Below are positions 50,884-64,000 of a stretch of DNA of 64,000 bases, one piece after another. The stretch is taken from contig ADNK01001082.1 in assembly GCA_000320545.1 (NCBI GenBank), positions 1 to 64,000 on the forward strand. The letters run 5' to 3'. Under the pieces are notes generated by a model. That model ran no database searches. It had not been told where the DNA came from and worked only from the letters and a program-made list of their open reading frames with translations. A program made the translations under genes and the position numbers. Positions within the stretch are counted from its first letter, which is position 1. The number at the start of each line of letters is the position of its first letter. Source of the stretch: Bigelowiella natans CCMP2755 (lineage: Eukaryota; Protista; Cercozoa).

Positions 50884-51233
50884 TTCCCAGTGCTTCGCAA
50901 AGGATGTGCAGCCATTTTTCTTGCAATCGGATCGAACTCCGCTCAGTTTCGGTCCCTTCGTAGCGTGATGTGAATCATTTCTATTGTCGTACTGCAATTA
51001 TCCAATCCATTTTTTTCTATTTGTCCAACCATCCGAGAGACCGTTCCTTTTCTGAGATTGATGTACTATCTTGTCGTAAGCCTGAAATTAGAGCTCACAA
51101 TCACCTATGCCATTGAGAGAATTTGAAAATGCGGCACGCTAGTTTGCCAGTCGCAGGATGAAAACTACCTATATTTTTACTATGTAATTGGTTTTGTACC
51201 GAAACAACTTCGCGGAATATTTCAGGAACGGAG

Positions 51234-51898
51234 ATGGAGAACCTGCCCACCCCTCTCAAGGTTCGTAATTCTCTAGCCTCTCGAAATTCGGAATCATTCA
51301 ATGGATTCTCTGGAATCTAAATGGCGTCCTTCAAATTTTCTGGCTTTCTGAAAAAATCGAAAAACGACACGGGAAAGCAAAACTCTCATGTTTCGAGTAT
51401 TGAGCAACAATATTTTAAGATAAAAGGCTTCATTCATTTCCAAAATCCTGAAGGTACATTCGTTCCGGGAAAAGGGAGAGGTGAAAGTAAATAAAACTGA
51501 TGAATTGGTGAAGAAGGGACCGGACGGACAGGTACAAGTCGCTATCGCAACAAGAAGCAACGCCCTGCCCTAATCACATTATCTTCCAGATACATTCCGC
51601 CGTTTCATCAACAATTTCACATATAAACATTGGAAATGCACTGCGGAGGCTGGATGAGATCAATGGATTATCCATCCCCAAACCAAATTTTCTCGGCACT
51701 GTCGCTAAACCAACAGAGGAAGTTACCGCATCATCATCAATTGGGCATCGTGAAGGTGGGTGAAATAGGCCTATCAGAAATCTAATACTGCCCATTTCCA
51801 ACCACTAATTCCACTCCCAAATTTATGTTCTCAGGTCGAATCAAATTCCCGACTCAATACAGGAACAATGACGAGTCACGTGCTGGAATTTTGGTTGC

Positions 51899-51950
<52 letters not shown>

Positions 51951-52609
51951 TGTGTGTGTGCTTGCGCTATTTCTCACCCTCCCTCTTTCCCATCCTCTCC
52001 CTGAGACAATTAAATTGCCGATTCGTTGATTCACCCAATACAGCAGCCAACATTCCCTCTATATGCATGTATCCTATATATCAGTATGTCAGCATGCTGC
52101 TGCTACTGTACGTGTGATAGAAATATGTGCACCCACAACCATTTTGACCAGAATATACCATCTTCACTTTTTCGGGAACCAAGGCAGCGGCAAGAGCACG
52201 GCCAAGGAGAGAAGGGGTTGTCCAGCTTGCAAGTTGTGGAGCAGCAGCACCAGCAGCATGCGGAAGGTTTGAAGAATGATCTCCACTCCGTCTTTTCTCT
52301 TCTTCGGGACGTTGACACACTCCTCGCGGCGAAAAAAAGTGTCCAAAACCAGCCCCAGACCGAGGTAGGGATGGGGGTTGGAGCAGGAGCGGATATGAAG
52401 CATAGGAAGCGCAACGTCGGAGGAAATCGTAGCAATGGTGAACATGTGCTGGCTGCTCGAAAAAGCTCGGCGATGATGCCCAAGGTAATAAATATCCGAA
52501 TACCCTCATTTGCCCTCTGACATCTAGAAATGCACCGTGGGCCACTTGCAAACCTGCTTGAAACCGACGTTTTTTTTGGTTCTGTGCGGCCTGATTATCG
52601 ATGAATATA

Positions 52610-52650
<41 letters not shown>

Positions 52651-53248
52651 CAATGTGGTATTCATGATTCTCGGCCCTTGTAGCAGAATCTTTCCAACAA
52701 GGACACCAGTACCCGTCGCCATATCCAGCAGTACAAGCAACAGAGTAGCAGAGATTCTTCCCCTCTCTCTTCTCTTATGAATATGGTTCGGAGACTTGGA
52801 GAGAATGGAAAGGAAGGTGTTGGTAGCAACCAAAAGCCATTCCAAGTGCTATCAGAGAAAAATAAAGCACTCATTATAACGCAGCAGAAGAGCAACAGCA
52901 ACAGCAAACCAAGACCACGTTCCCCTCCCTCTAGAGTTGTTAAGAGAGGGGGGCGAATACTAGAAGAACGAGGAGGAGACAGAAGAAGAGGGGCTAGGAA
53001 AAAAGACCGTGGTAGCCGTGCTATAAGGCTGCTAGCTGATGACGATAACGACGACGATGAATATGCTGCTGCTGGTGGTGCTGCTGGTGGTGGTGGTGAG
53101 AATCATGATTACCATCAAGGGACCGATGGGGTAGGGGATGGGGAGGAGAAACTTTCAAGAAGAAGAAGACGGCAAGGAGGTAAGTTTCGATTGAGCACCA
53201 GGGAGCTGTGCAGAGTGGATAGAATCCTCGATAACTGGTCTAACCGTC

Positions 53249-53283
<35 letters not shown>

Positions 53284-53681
53284 ACTGGAAGGGAGAGGAA
53301 AGCCATCATTGGGCTGGTGAAGCCATCACTAGAACGACGAGCATCAACATCGACATCAGCGTGGAATACAAGCACCACAATGAAGAAGATGAGAGGACTC
53401 GTAGCTACTTCTACTACTACATCATCGGTACAGATGAATGATGATGATGATCATGATGATGATGATGATGATAGGTGTGTAGGGGAATAGTTTAAGGAGA
53501 GCTTTTATTTGCAGAGCAAGAGCAACAGCAGCCCTTTGAAAGGAAAGCAGTATATGTAGCAGTATGACGTTGGTGTCGTAAGGATTGGTAGATTGAATAA
53601 ACCAATAGATGTGAAAATAGTACTTCCTAGTTATTCAGATCATCTTTGCGCTTTGTATATCCATTCTCCTCTCTCTCTCCC

Positions 53682-53725
<44 letters not shown>

Positions 53726-55580
53726 TTAAACATATGCATCATCATCAGCAGCAGCAGCATCGAAATGAGCCATCATCGGATCGACTGAGGATGTTCTCTA
53801 GCATTCGTGAAAGGCTTCAAACGGCAATGGCTGCCCATGTACAGGAGGGTGTGATTCTCAAGAAGCGACATCTTGAGCTTCACGTGCGCCAGAAGGAAAT
53901 TATAGGAATAACCACCACCAGCAGCAGCAGTAGTAGCACCAGTAACAACAATAAGAGCGCAGGAAGGAGCACCACAGCTGGGCTTGTTGCAATGTATGGC
54001 AGGCGAAGCAATGCTTGAGAATAATGATAATTCTAATTATGATGACGATAATGATTTTCCTCCCCTTAGTATCCCCAGTCAGTCATTTTTACGGTTTTTT
54101 GCCTTTCTCTCAGCAAGCATTCGTCGTTTCTCATCGTCCTCTAAATTCTCTTTTTTGTGTAATTTGTTCTCGCCTGATCGACTCCTCGAATACGACACCA
54201 TCTATCTCTCCTTGTGCTGCTGCTGCTGGTGGTGGTGGTGGTTTCAGCTGCATTCTGTCATTCGCCACGGCACTCTCCCTCACTCATACTCTCATCATCA
54301 TCATTTCCTTCAGGTATAAAAGACAGCTCTCTAATAGCGCCACACAGCAGGGCAATGGAGGGCACGGAAATAGGAGAATCAAGCACCTGTCATCAGGGAG
54401 CGGAGCAGTTGCTTCGACCCGCAATGCTAGCAGTAGTCGTAGGGATAAGAGGGGAAGAGTAAGAAGGAGTCGCGAAGCTAATAGCAGCAGTAGTAGCAGC
54501 AGCAGAAACAACGGTTTGGCGCAGCGGCGAGTAGAAATGATCCAAGAGCTGTGCCGGAAAGTGGGCATGAAACGAGGGGTACATGCCTTTCGAGGAAGGG
54601 TGTTGCGATTTCGCGCTCTTAGGCTACTAGTTGAGGCTGCATACGAGCAAGAGAGGGGCGCACAGGCCAAGGACTGCCTTCACAGATGGTTGGTTGTTCG
54701 TATGCTTCACAACGATGAGATCCGTGAATGTGCGTCGGTCATTCCAGGAATGGCCGATGTGTTATTATTTTGCATTATTTGTTTGACGCCAGTCGGGGTA
54801 AATCGGTTGGCTTGCATGGCGAAACAACCGACGCGCCTTGTCGATTATTTTCTTCTCGATCGGCATCGTCATCATGGAGACCTGAACAGAACCCTTTTCT
54901 AGCGAATATACGGGGATGTTTGATTCTCTCGTTACATTGTTTTGTATTTTTCATGGAAAGCGGCAGCGTAGCCTAGCATCCCCTGCCACACACGCGCGCG
55001 AACACACACACACACCAATATTGGGCGTGATCGAATATAGTAAGATCAGAACTGTACGAGTGAATCATCAAGAAGACAGGATCGCATTATAATACTGCAC
55101 TACGAACACAGGTACAAGGCGTGGAGAAAATGGTGTAGAGCCGACAATGTCGCTCGCCAATTCCATCTCCGCTCGCGCTCGGAGCATGCGGCCAGGGTTT
55201 TATCATCTTGGCGAAAGGATGCAGTCCGCTTGAGAGGCATGCGCGCATCCTGTGACGAATTTCTACGACAAAAGAACCATTGTGTCATGCTCCGTGCCCT
55301 TCGTACCATGCGTCATGAAGCAAAGGGCGCAAGAATCGCTCGTGCCCTCCGCCTTCAGACTCTTACGGAACGGTACTACGGATACTGGCGCGACAACCTC
55401 CAAAGAAGAATAGTGAGGCAGCGGCAACGTGAGGCGGTTGGGCGAGTAATTTCAATCCGTTTGCACATCATTTGCTCAAATGCGCTTCGAGTGTGGGGTG
55501 AGAAGGCGTGCCAAATTCGAGGAAAAGCTCAGAAGAGACTCCTGCGGCGCGTATGTAGATATACTAGTAGTAACCCCCCG

Positions 55581-55624
<44 letters not shown>

Positions 55625-56221
55625 ATATAAAATAAGGCTGCACTCATAAATAAGTTATTCGGAATTCTAGTGATTTCCTTCAAAATAGTGCGGAAAAGAA
55701 CAATTATAGCAAGAATATCATTCTCTTCACCCCTCTCTTCTTGGACATAATTCTTTCTACCTACCTACCTACCCCCATTGCTGCGATATAGGTGTTTCGT
55801 CGAGCAGAGATCCGATGGCGCGAGCTGCAGTCGTCAGCAGCACAATCCATGATGATAATACGCTCGAGAGGAGAGGATGATGATGACTATTATGATACTG
55901 AGAAGTGGAGAGGGCAAGAAGATTGGTCATTCCACAACACCCTCGCGACTCTCTCAACGATGCAAACAGCTGGAATCTCCTCCGATTTTGGCTTAAAGCT
56001 TGCTGCAGATTTCTCCTTGCTTCTAAGATCGCTCTCCAAATGGCGCCGGTGGGCTCTAAACTGTCGCGACAAGGAAAGAGAGGACGATTTGAATAAAGTT
56101 GCGCGTGTCTTCGCCGAAGCGAGCCTGTTGAGCCGTTGGTTTCAGATGTGGAGGGAAAGTCTCCATGCCAGGTCGTGTATTAAGGACATAGGAAAGTCAT
56201 GAAATTTAATATATTCAATAT

Positions 56222-56267
<46 letters not shown>

Positions 56268-56480
56268 TATCCTCGTATATTCCGAGAAATGCCTATCGTG
56301 CTCTGAGGTCTTCATATTGTTTGAATTTCATGTGATATATCATGCAGAATCACAGGTGTTCGCACGAAAATAAAGGCTTTCAATCGAAGATGGGAATGGC
56401 TGAAAGTGGAGAGGATGCGGGCACGGCTGGAATGGCGACTGCAACATCATTCCCTTGCATCAAAGCAGCTTTACATGTGA
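51234..56480 (+). CDS. Sfi1-like (centrin-binding W-repeat) coiled-coil protein
   Basis: Periodic Trp repeats in R/L/A-rich helices: YKAWRKWC, VLSSWRK, YYGYWRD, ALRVWGE, LRSLSKWRRW, LLSRWFQMWRE. Disordered N-terminal exons; the start is inferred. Confidence 0.65.
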
Positions 56481-56581
56481 ATGGAGACCGATAGCTCCAC
56501 AGATGGCAAACTGATGATGCAATAATGTTAAGCGCGAACAAATCATCTGGATTAGGATTCTCCCTTACACACATATATGTG

Positions 56582-56628
<47 letters not shown>

Positions 56629-56659
56629 TAGGTATAAAAATGAATTTTATATTTGTGAG

Positions 56660-57560
56660 TCAGTGCTTTGCATTCGATTTGCTTTGACAGCTAGATAGTA
56701 TGCTTGGACGTGCGGCACACTCAGATGTTAGCAGCTACGTATTGTACAAATGGTCGACAATAGCTATCTAGCTATTTAGATAGCTCTTCTCCTACTAACG
56801 CATACGTGTGCTTGATTCTGCCAATATGGCCCATAGCCTATATAGATAGATGAATAGCACATGTAGTCTGACGTAATCACACTGGCTTAGTGCATGTGCA
56901 TGCTAGCATGCGCCGCCGCTGCTATACGCTTATTGTTGCATTGCTAGATAGCATCGCGCAGCATATGTAATCCCAGCCATGCTTGCATGGGGCTAGCTAG
57001 CCTCTAACCTCACAGACGTCACATCTATTATTAGACAAAGCTATTATAGGTCGATCGAACTAACCAGTGACAAGAAGCATAAAGTTGCACGCCTAGCTAG
57101 CTAGCCAGTCGCCAATATTCATCAATGATGCTTGCATACAAGCATGCATGTATGGCGCTGCAACTGGCGGCTCGGTCATGCTGCTTATTGCGCAGCTTGA
57201 CAGTCTGCTCAAATAACTAGCAAACCACACACTCATATGTAATGCAAAATGGCGGCTAAATGGTTTCATTTCTCGCGCTCTCTCCGTCAAACTGTGAGTA
57301 GGAAGATCACCAGAACTAACAAAAATAGTATGCTGTGCAATTTTTTTTTTTAACTCTGGAACGTTCTTTACATAAGCACAGCAGTACATCTAAAGTCGTA
57401 CAAAAAAAGCTCTTTCTACGCGGATGTGTGAGTTTATACGCACGTGAACGAAGCTTTATTTCTTCGTTCGTACCATCACCATGCATGCATGCATGCATCG
57501 GGAGATGCAGATGAAACTTGACGGCACAAGAACACTGCATGTGATGTTGATTATTGGATT
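56660..57560. other. Tail-to-tail spacer (Sfi1-like/MYST) rich in CTAG, GCATGC and TGCA
   Basis: GCTAGCTAGC and GCATGCATGCATGCAT runs; few CC/GG. Confidence 0.7.
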
Positions 57561-57708
57561 CATCTTCCCTTGACGACTACTACTGCTATTTCAACTACGG
57601 TTACTACTACTACTAATCCTACTACTACTACTACTGCTATTGCGGAGACCTTCGATCACTTTACCTTCAATGAAAATAAAGCCGAATTTTACTATCTGTT
57701 TGGACAGC

Positions 57709-58283
57709 TCACAGCTTTTGGTCTTCCGCCTTCTTCCTAGCTTGTTTGTTCATTTCCAGTGCATGGAACGGATACCAGCGTATTTTGTTTGGATCGGCCG
57801 GTCGAACATAAACACGGCCCTAGTTGCGACGATGGTAATAATAATAATAATAATAATAAATAATAATGTGATGATGGTGATAATTACGAGACGTGATGAC
57901 GTGCTGCGAGAAGGTTATTTGTATGTGCATGTAAGTAGCCATTGTCATATTACTCATTATCATCATCATCATAATCATCATTACTATCACCCGATTTTCC
58001 TCGAGTTTTTTCCTTTTTTCCTGGTAACGTTTGATGAGGGATTCTGGGATTGCAATGTGGTGGCCCTGAAACCAACAATGACGATGTATACGTCGAGGCA
58101 CGTAGGGGAGGAGGAGGAGCAGGAGGACGAGGAGGAGGAGGAGGAGGAAAATATTAAGGATGAAGGGAAAGTAGGAGATAAAATTGTGGAAGGTTTAGGA
58201 CAGACTCGAAACGGAGAACTTGCTGATAATTCAATCCTATTTTGAACATTACTAAAATTGCCATTACCACCACCATCACCACC

Positions 58284-58315
<32 letters not shown>

Positions 58316-58660
58316 ACACATGAATGCATCGATAATACCTCTCGGTTGTCATAATGCAGGACGTCAAGATCTTTCAGCGTCTGGGTCACATTTTCTAGTG
58401 TCATTGACCTGGAATATAAAAGATTTTATAAAGTTGCACAAATGTCTGTCTTAGTAGTAGTTGTCAATTTGAACAAAGTGACAGTATCTGTTGATAAAAA
58501 AATCCAATTATGAAGTTATTTTGAGCGGCGTAGTACGTGATTTTGCATAGCTCCTTGAGGGATAGCTGCTCTTGCTTGCTTTGCGAGAGAACCTGGAAGG
58601 AGGGCAGGGTATGAGAGAAAACATTGATATAATACACACACATGTGCACACGACGCATAT

Positions 58661-58701
<41 letters not shown>

Positions 58702-58959
58702 TAGTACACTCGTCCCCCCACTCATGCATTTAACACAAAATAAATTTGCATAGCAGCTAACCTCGATGAGCTTAGCTTGCCAGTAGCTGTTATAGGCCTA
58801 TGAGCAATTACACACGGAAATCGCATTATTTTAGTCATCATTTTTCACGAATTTTGTGCCTCCCCTCTCCTTCCTCTTCCTCTTCCTCCTCCCATCCTCT
58901 TCCGCTTACTAGCTACTGACCGTTACTTAACATCATCATCATCATCATCGCATCTCAAT

Positions 58960-59001
<42 letters not shown>

Positions 59002-61984
59002 CAATTTTTATTATTATTATCAGCCCCTCTCTACCTTCTGTCCTAAGTCAGAGATAGGGGTCTCCGGGGACCCTGATTTCCCCTCTATTTTAGAAAGCTA
59101 AGAGAGAGAATTGGAAGGCGACGTCAGACGAGTGCGAGCAGCAGCGGCAGCAGCACGACGAAACACGATTCACTCAGAACAAGCCATCAAGTAGATATCA
59201 TTTATTCGGGAGGGGAGGGAGGAGGGAGGGGCACAGAGTATGTGGGGGGGGGGAGGATGTCCGTTCTCGGTGGTAGAGGCGAAGAAGGGCATTTCTTGCA
59301 CGCCACTACTACTATTACTACTATCAGCACTAGTATTTGGCAGCAGCTAGTTACTACCTCATAGGACATGCTGATGAGGAACTTTCCGAAGCCTTTCTTC
59401 TGGTGGCAAGGGAGCTACAGAGCAGCAGCGTGGAGAATAGTAGTAGGGAGATGATGGAGAGGAGGGCGGGGTAGAAAGAATTGCATTAACGAAGTAGAAC
59501 TACTACTATAACTACTACTACTACTACTACTACTACTCATTCTTTACTTGCTAGCACTTGCTACTACATCTTCTAACCTAAAGACATTAAAACTAGTACT
59601 ACCGTGCAAATGCAGGCAAGATTAAAGTTAAACTCCGAATATTTCTCTTTTGAGAAGTAGCCCACCATCACGCAGCCCCTCGGAGTGATCTGAAAGAATA
59701 TCATAACAGACGACGCGAAACAATCCAAGGAGTTAAACAAAGAGCCTCATCGAATATATAATGAAGAATCCCAATCAGGGAGGGGGGAGGAAACTAAGCG
59801 GGCGTTAGGGCTAGTAATGTCCTTCCTTTTTTGCCCTTACCAGTGATACTACTGTTTATTATTACTACTACTTACTACTACAACTACTATAGAAGCTTAC
59901 AAATCGTCTTCACACCTACCTCACAGAGAATGTAGAATAGGAAAGGATGGGTATTGAACGAAAGAGTCTTGTGCTCTGAATGAAGGAAGGAAGGGATAAG
60001 ATAAATTAACAACTCTATCATGTGCGAATACTACTCAAATAAAAGCATAAATAGGAGAATTACATGCAGCAGTAAATATTGCATGCAAATAGTAGTTGGC
60101 ATAATAATTAATCGGCCATTATATAATACCAACATGGCTATACCGAGGAATAGCTTGGCGATATAGCAGATATTCTGAGCGTACTTCTCCTCTTTCTTTC
60201 CGTCCACCTCAAACATGGCAACCTGGCGATGATGGTGGTAGTGGCACAGGAGGGGCGACAAAAGAAAACATTAATACGTACATGCATGCGTTATGTGTGT
60301 ATTATTATATTTACACGGGAAAGTGATATTGCTGCTACTTTTGGTATTTATGGTTGGAGTCGTCGCACACTAGCAACGGTCAATAAAGCGAGATGTGAGA
60401 AAATTATGAAGTAAAAACAAATCCTTCTTCTTACTAACTAATAGATCAAAGAAAATAATGAACATAATAAAGCGTACGCGTCTATGTGTGAATATGGATG
60501 AATAAGTATGTATGTATGAATGTCATTTTCCATATTACGCTTATGTTAGTCTCGTCGCTGCGATATATTTCGTTGCCAGGAGGATGTGTCCAAGTACATC
60601 TTTTCGTCATGACACACAAACAAGTCACTTTAACCGCAGATAATAACCAAAAATCAGCAGCAAGTATCATGAGGTTGATAAGTTAGCAGCGGCATTAGAC
60701 GAAGCTTCAATCTTCCGTTCGCATCCTACATAGTCTTACTTTCTTGAGTGTCGATCTAATTCCGATTGGTTGCCGAAAAAATCGAGGCAGAACTCGCAAA
60801 ACACAAGCTTGTTATACCTATTATTACGTCGTATTTTGATCATATTCTATTAGTATATTTGCCACTAAATGCTACACATCCCGTCGGACAAAGTTGCGAA
60901 GCACGAACACGCACCCAATAACACACACAATTATAGTTTTGCTGATACTAATAGATGTATCATCTCGACGGTTGCTATTCTCCAGGATATTTAAATCGGC
61001 TCGGATCATTGGCAAAATATCACTTTTTCTTTCACTATGTCTTTCCTGGATTGGAGAGGTGTTATTGGTTGGTTGTAACTCTTCCACTCACCGAGAATAC
61101 TCCAAAGGAAAGGGCGAAAAGTACCTGAACAACGCAATCAACATCATGGTGGGAAGGAAGCATGCGTGCTAATGAGTTGTGCCACATGATGATACTGAAT
61201 TATGCATGTGGAATAAAATGGTACGCCATGAAAACATATAAAGCCCTTTTTCTGCGTAAAAGAACAATTCCAACTTTATATTCGCGTAGAAATGTTGACA
61301 TTATGTAAAGACGATTATCTTTATCCAGCGATATAGTGTTGCCGAGTGCCAATAAAAAGATTTTTTTCATTTTTTTTACACACATGTAATGAATGATTTG
61401 TAAATTATGAGTCGCTATAATAAATTCAAATGTCCTCGATTACCAGGTAGGCATGACATACTCGCCTATTTGTATCTCATTAAAGTTCCTCACTTTCGTA
61501 ACATTGTCGTTATGGTCCTTTACATATACAAATTATATATGAATATAATGCAAAAATGAGACTAAATAGAGTATGTGTATGGTGTGCTTGTAAGTGTCAG
61601 CAACAATGTATCACGAGCGCAAAGGATTTCAGTTTCGAAACGACTTTTAAAAATTAGAGTCGGGCGTATATCGCGGACTAAATTGTTGTTCTCATTCCCA
61701 GAAAGTCTTTCGCGACACTACTACCCGGTTTACAACTACTCCTACTACTACTCCTACTACTACTACCTTGTGATGATCGTCTTCCTCAGCCTTCTTCTCA
61801 AGTTTGGGACCTTTCACGTAAGAGACATCAGCTATGCATGCTATAGCCTAAGGAATACATTGTCCTAGTAGCACAACCTGTAAATCGGAGTTTTGTAAAG
61901 GGCATCCAGCAGTCCATGCGCCTATCTTCTCCTGATAATATCATGATAATACAGATGAAAATTAATGATGTGATAAAATATATA

Positions 61985-62032
<48 letters not shown>

Positions 62033-62626
62033 GTGTGTGTGTGTGTATGTGTGTGTATGTGTATTTGTAAATTTACGTAAAAGGAAGAGAGAAAGCTGTG
62101 TCGTTACATTGTATTAGAATTACTTTTTCGAAGTCTACCTTCATAATGGATGTAGTACTCCCACCCATGTTCCACCTCCTTAGTTGGAGGTAGCGTGCCA
62201 CCGCCAGGGGCAATCTTGGCCTCCACCTTAACAGGTCGTCGTTCTGTTCATGCCGTACAACGTGTGTGTTTTTCTTCTAGTTATATAATTTATTTCGAAT
62301 GTCAATCACTGATAAACGAGTGTTTTCGTAGTTAGAGTTTATTTTTATTTCTGTAACTGGCAATGATAATTATATTAGTGGAGTTGCTAAGTAAAACATA
62401 TTTTTTCTTACGGAAAATCTGGCATGGATGGATGACTGTCCCCCCTCCCGTTTCCTTTTCCGCCCTTTAAAGACAAAATTTAAAAATTCTCGGAATACAT
62501 TTGCAACCCATTAAGATATGACCAATCAATTCACTGTCGCTGTGCAACTAACTATTTTAATCTCAAATATGATCCGCGGCGTTTATTCATACGTGCGCGT
62601 GTGCATGCATTGCGTACTCCAAGGCT

Positions 62627-62693
<67 letters not shown>

Positions 62694-63027
62694 TGTGCAT
62701 CGCGTGCGTGAGCCTGCGTACCATAGATTGTATTCAAGTGGGATAGGCTTCGTGCTGTCCGAAGGGTCGTACTTCTCCACCTGGGGTAAATCAATTCAAT
62801 GTTGTCCAAGCTACATTTGGTGCAAGGGATGAAGTCAATCGCAACGAAGTAATTTAACGACCTTTTTTTCCTCCTTCTTTTTCTTTACATTCTGTAAGGT
62901 GTATGAAAACAGAACAGCCAGAAGGATGATTTGGGATCCTGCACCATCTAGAGAAATTTGTTTGTGCTACCTTTCGGTTTCCTCCCTTTTGCCCCTTTCT
63001 TTTTATAACTTTCTTTGCCCTTGGCAT
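57709..63027 (-). CDS. MYST-family histone acetyltransferase (Esa1/Tip60/MOF type) with chromo-barrel domain
   Basis: EYYIHYE|GEDRRMDCW (Tudor-knot), TKVRNFNEIQIG..TW|YFSPFP, FCEFCL..RH.RKC (C2HC finger), HPPGNEIYR, FEVDG, AKLFL|EHKTL, VGYFSKEK, NLACI, QKKGFGKFLI, GSPETPISDLG and DPNKIRWYP. Confidence 0.96.
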
Positions 63028-63626
63028 GTGCTTCGTCTAAACGCGAAACCTTCGCCAATTGCTTCGGAATCCTCTATTTAACTTGCCTTTTGGGGAAAGG
63101 GTTGCGATGGCCGGTCTTCTAAGAGAATGGCGTGTTATTTTCAGATTGAGTTTTATTATATTATCATCTGAATACATCTAAAATATGATGCATTTCCATA
63201 GTACTACTGTGGTAAAAGGGATTTCCTTCCAATAATGCGAATGATATACTTGCTGCGAAGTCCAAAAATGGAATCCATATGAAAAAATATACCTGTTTGA
63301 TCATGGTATACTACCCACATAATACAATTCAGATTTTAGGATTCTCTTTGCATACATCATTTGATTACTATGATAGAGTTTAACAGAATTTAGTGATAAG
63401 ATCGATATATTATTTTCTACTTTCCATTTTCACACGGCCATTTTGCGGTCTCGAAATGACATAAGATCTCTGGAGTTCCATTGGGCTTTTTCAGTTCCCG
63501 TATGCAATCTTAATACGACATCATGAGAGTCACACTAATGAGAAAATAGGAAGACATTTTGTGAGGTAGAGAATATAATCGGACGGCTTCTCGGGAATAA
63601 TAGAATCTGACGCATATAACTGGAAA

Positions 63627-64000
63627 ATGGCGCAGAGCTGGTGCACGATCGAGTCCGATCCGGGTATCTTTGTTTCTTTCCAGCGATCTGAAACCAATAA
63701 GGAATATTTAGTATCCCGTATTTTTTTGGGGTGGGGGAAATTGAATTCTAGATCCCTTTTGTGTTCCAAAATGACAACTTCGCCTCCCTCACAGGGAATG
63801 CCGTCAGCTGAAAAAAATCCTTATTGAAAAACTTAGAACCTGTATAACCTCTAGGCGTATTCACTGAGCTAATTCAACGCATCGGTGTGAAGGGGGTACA
63901 GGTGGAAGAAGTTTATCATCTTTCTGATGAGACGCTCGACAGCTTGAAGTACCTTAAGTTTCTTTCTAGCCTTCAAACTTCCTCTTAGCCTTTAAACTCT
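63627..64000 (+). CDS. UCHL5: Ubiquitin C-terminal hydrolase UCH37/UCHL5 (peptidase C12), 3'-truncated
   Basis: [12 protein letters not shown]|[21 protein letters not shown], exons ~63627-63663 and ~63856-63949. Confidence 0.93.

Overview
This is intron-rich eukaryotic nuclear DNA. It is most likely from a chlorarachniophyte alga (inference from a nucleus-encoded green-type plastid L29 with a bipartite signal+transit leader). I reconstructed 14 protein genes by hand from GT-AG boundaries: calpain (5'-truncated), a signal-peptide JmjC protein, importin-alpha, plastid Rpl29, SCAMP, FHIT, an orphan, a TPR+CAP59/GT69-like glycosyltransferase, a DP transcription factor, HIG1/Rcf1, a large orphan, an Sfi1-like protein, a MYST acetyltransferase and UCHL5 (3'-truncated). 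Most short ORFs in the supplied track are microsatellite or antisense artefacts. The most notable signal is non-coding. From the JmjC gene onward, 13 genes alternate strand strictly. All six tail-to-tail spacers, plus one island at about 2.8-3.5 kb, carry an unusual composition to varying degrees: cores almost devoid of TpA, where the survivors are nearly all CTA/CTAG, and flanks that are CC/GG-poor and CTAG-rich. Head-to-head promoter spacers lack it. This looks like a localized, context-specific mutational process (RIP-like or modification-driven), but the mechanism is inference. Other highlights: a JmjC protein with HxH instead of HxD/E, a calpain intron with an apparent AT donor that can be retained in frame, and a duplicated hairpin unit with a compensatory base-pair change. 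Exon models and counts were made by eye and need computational confirmation.
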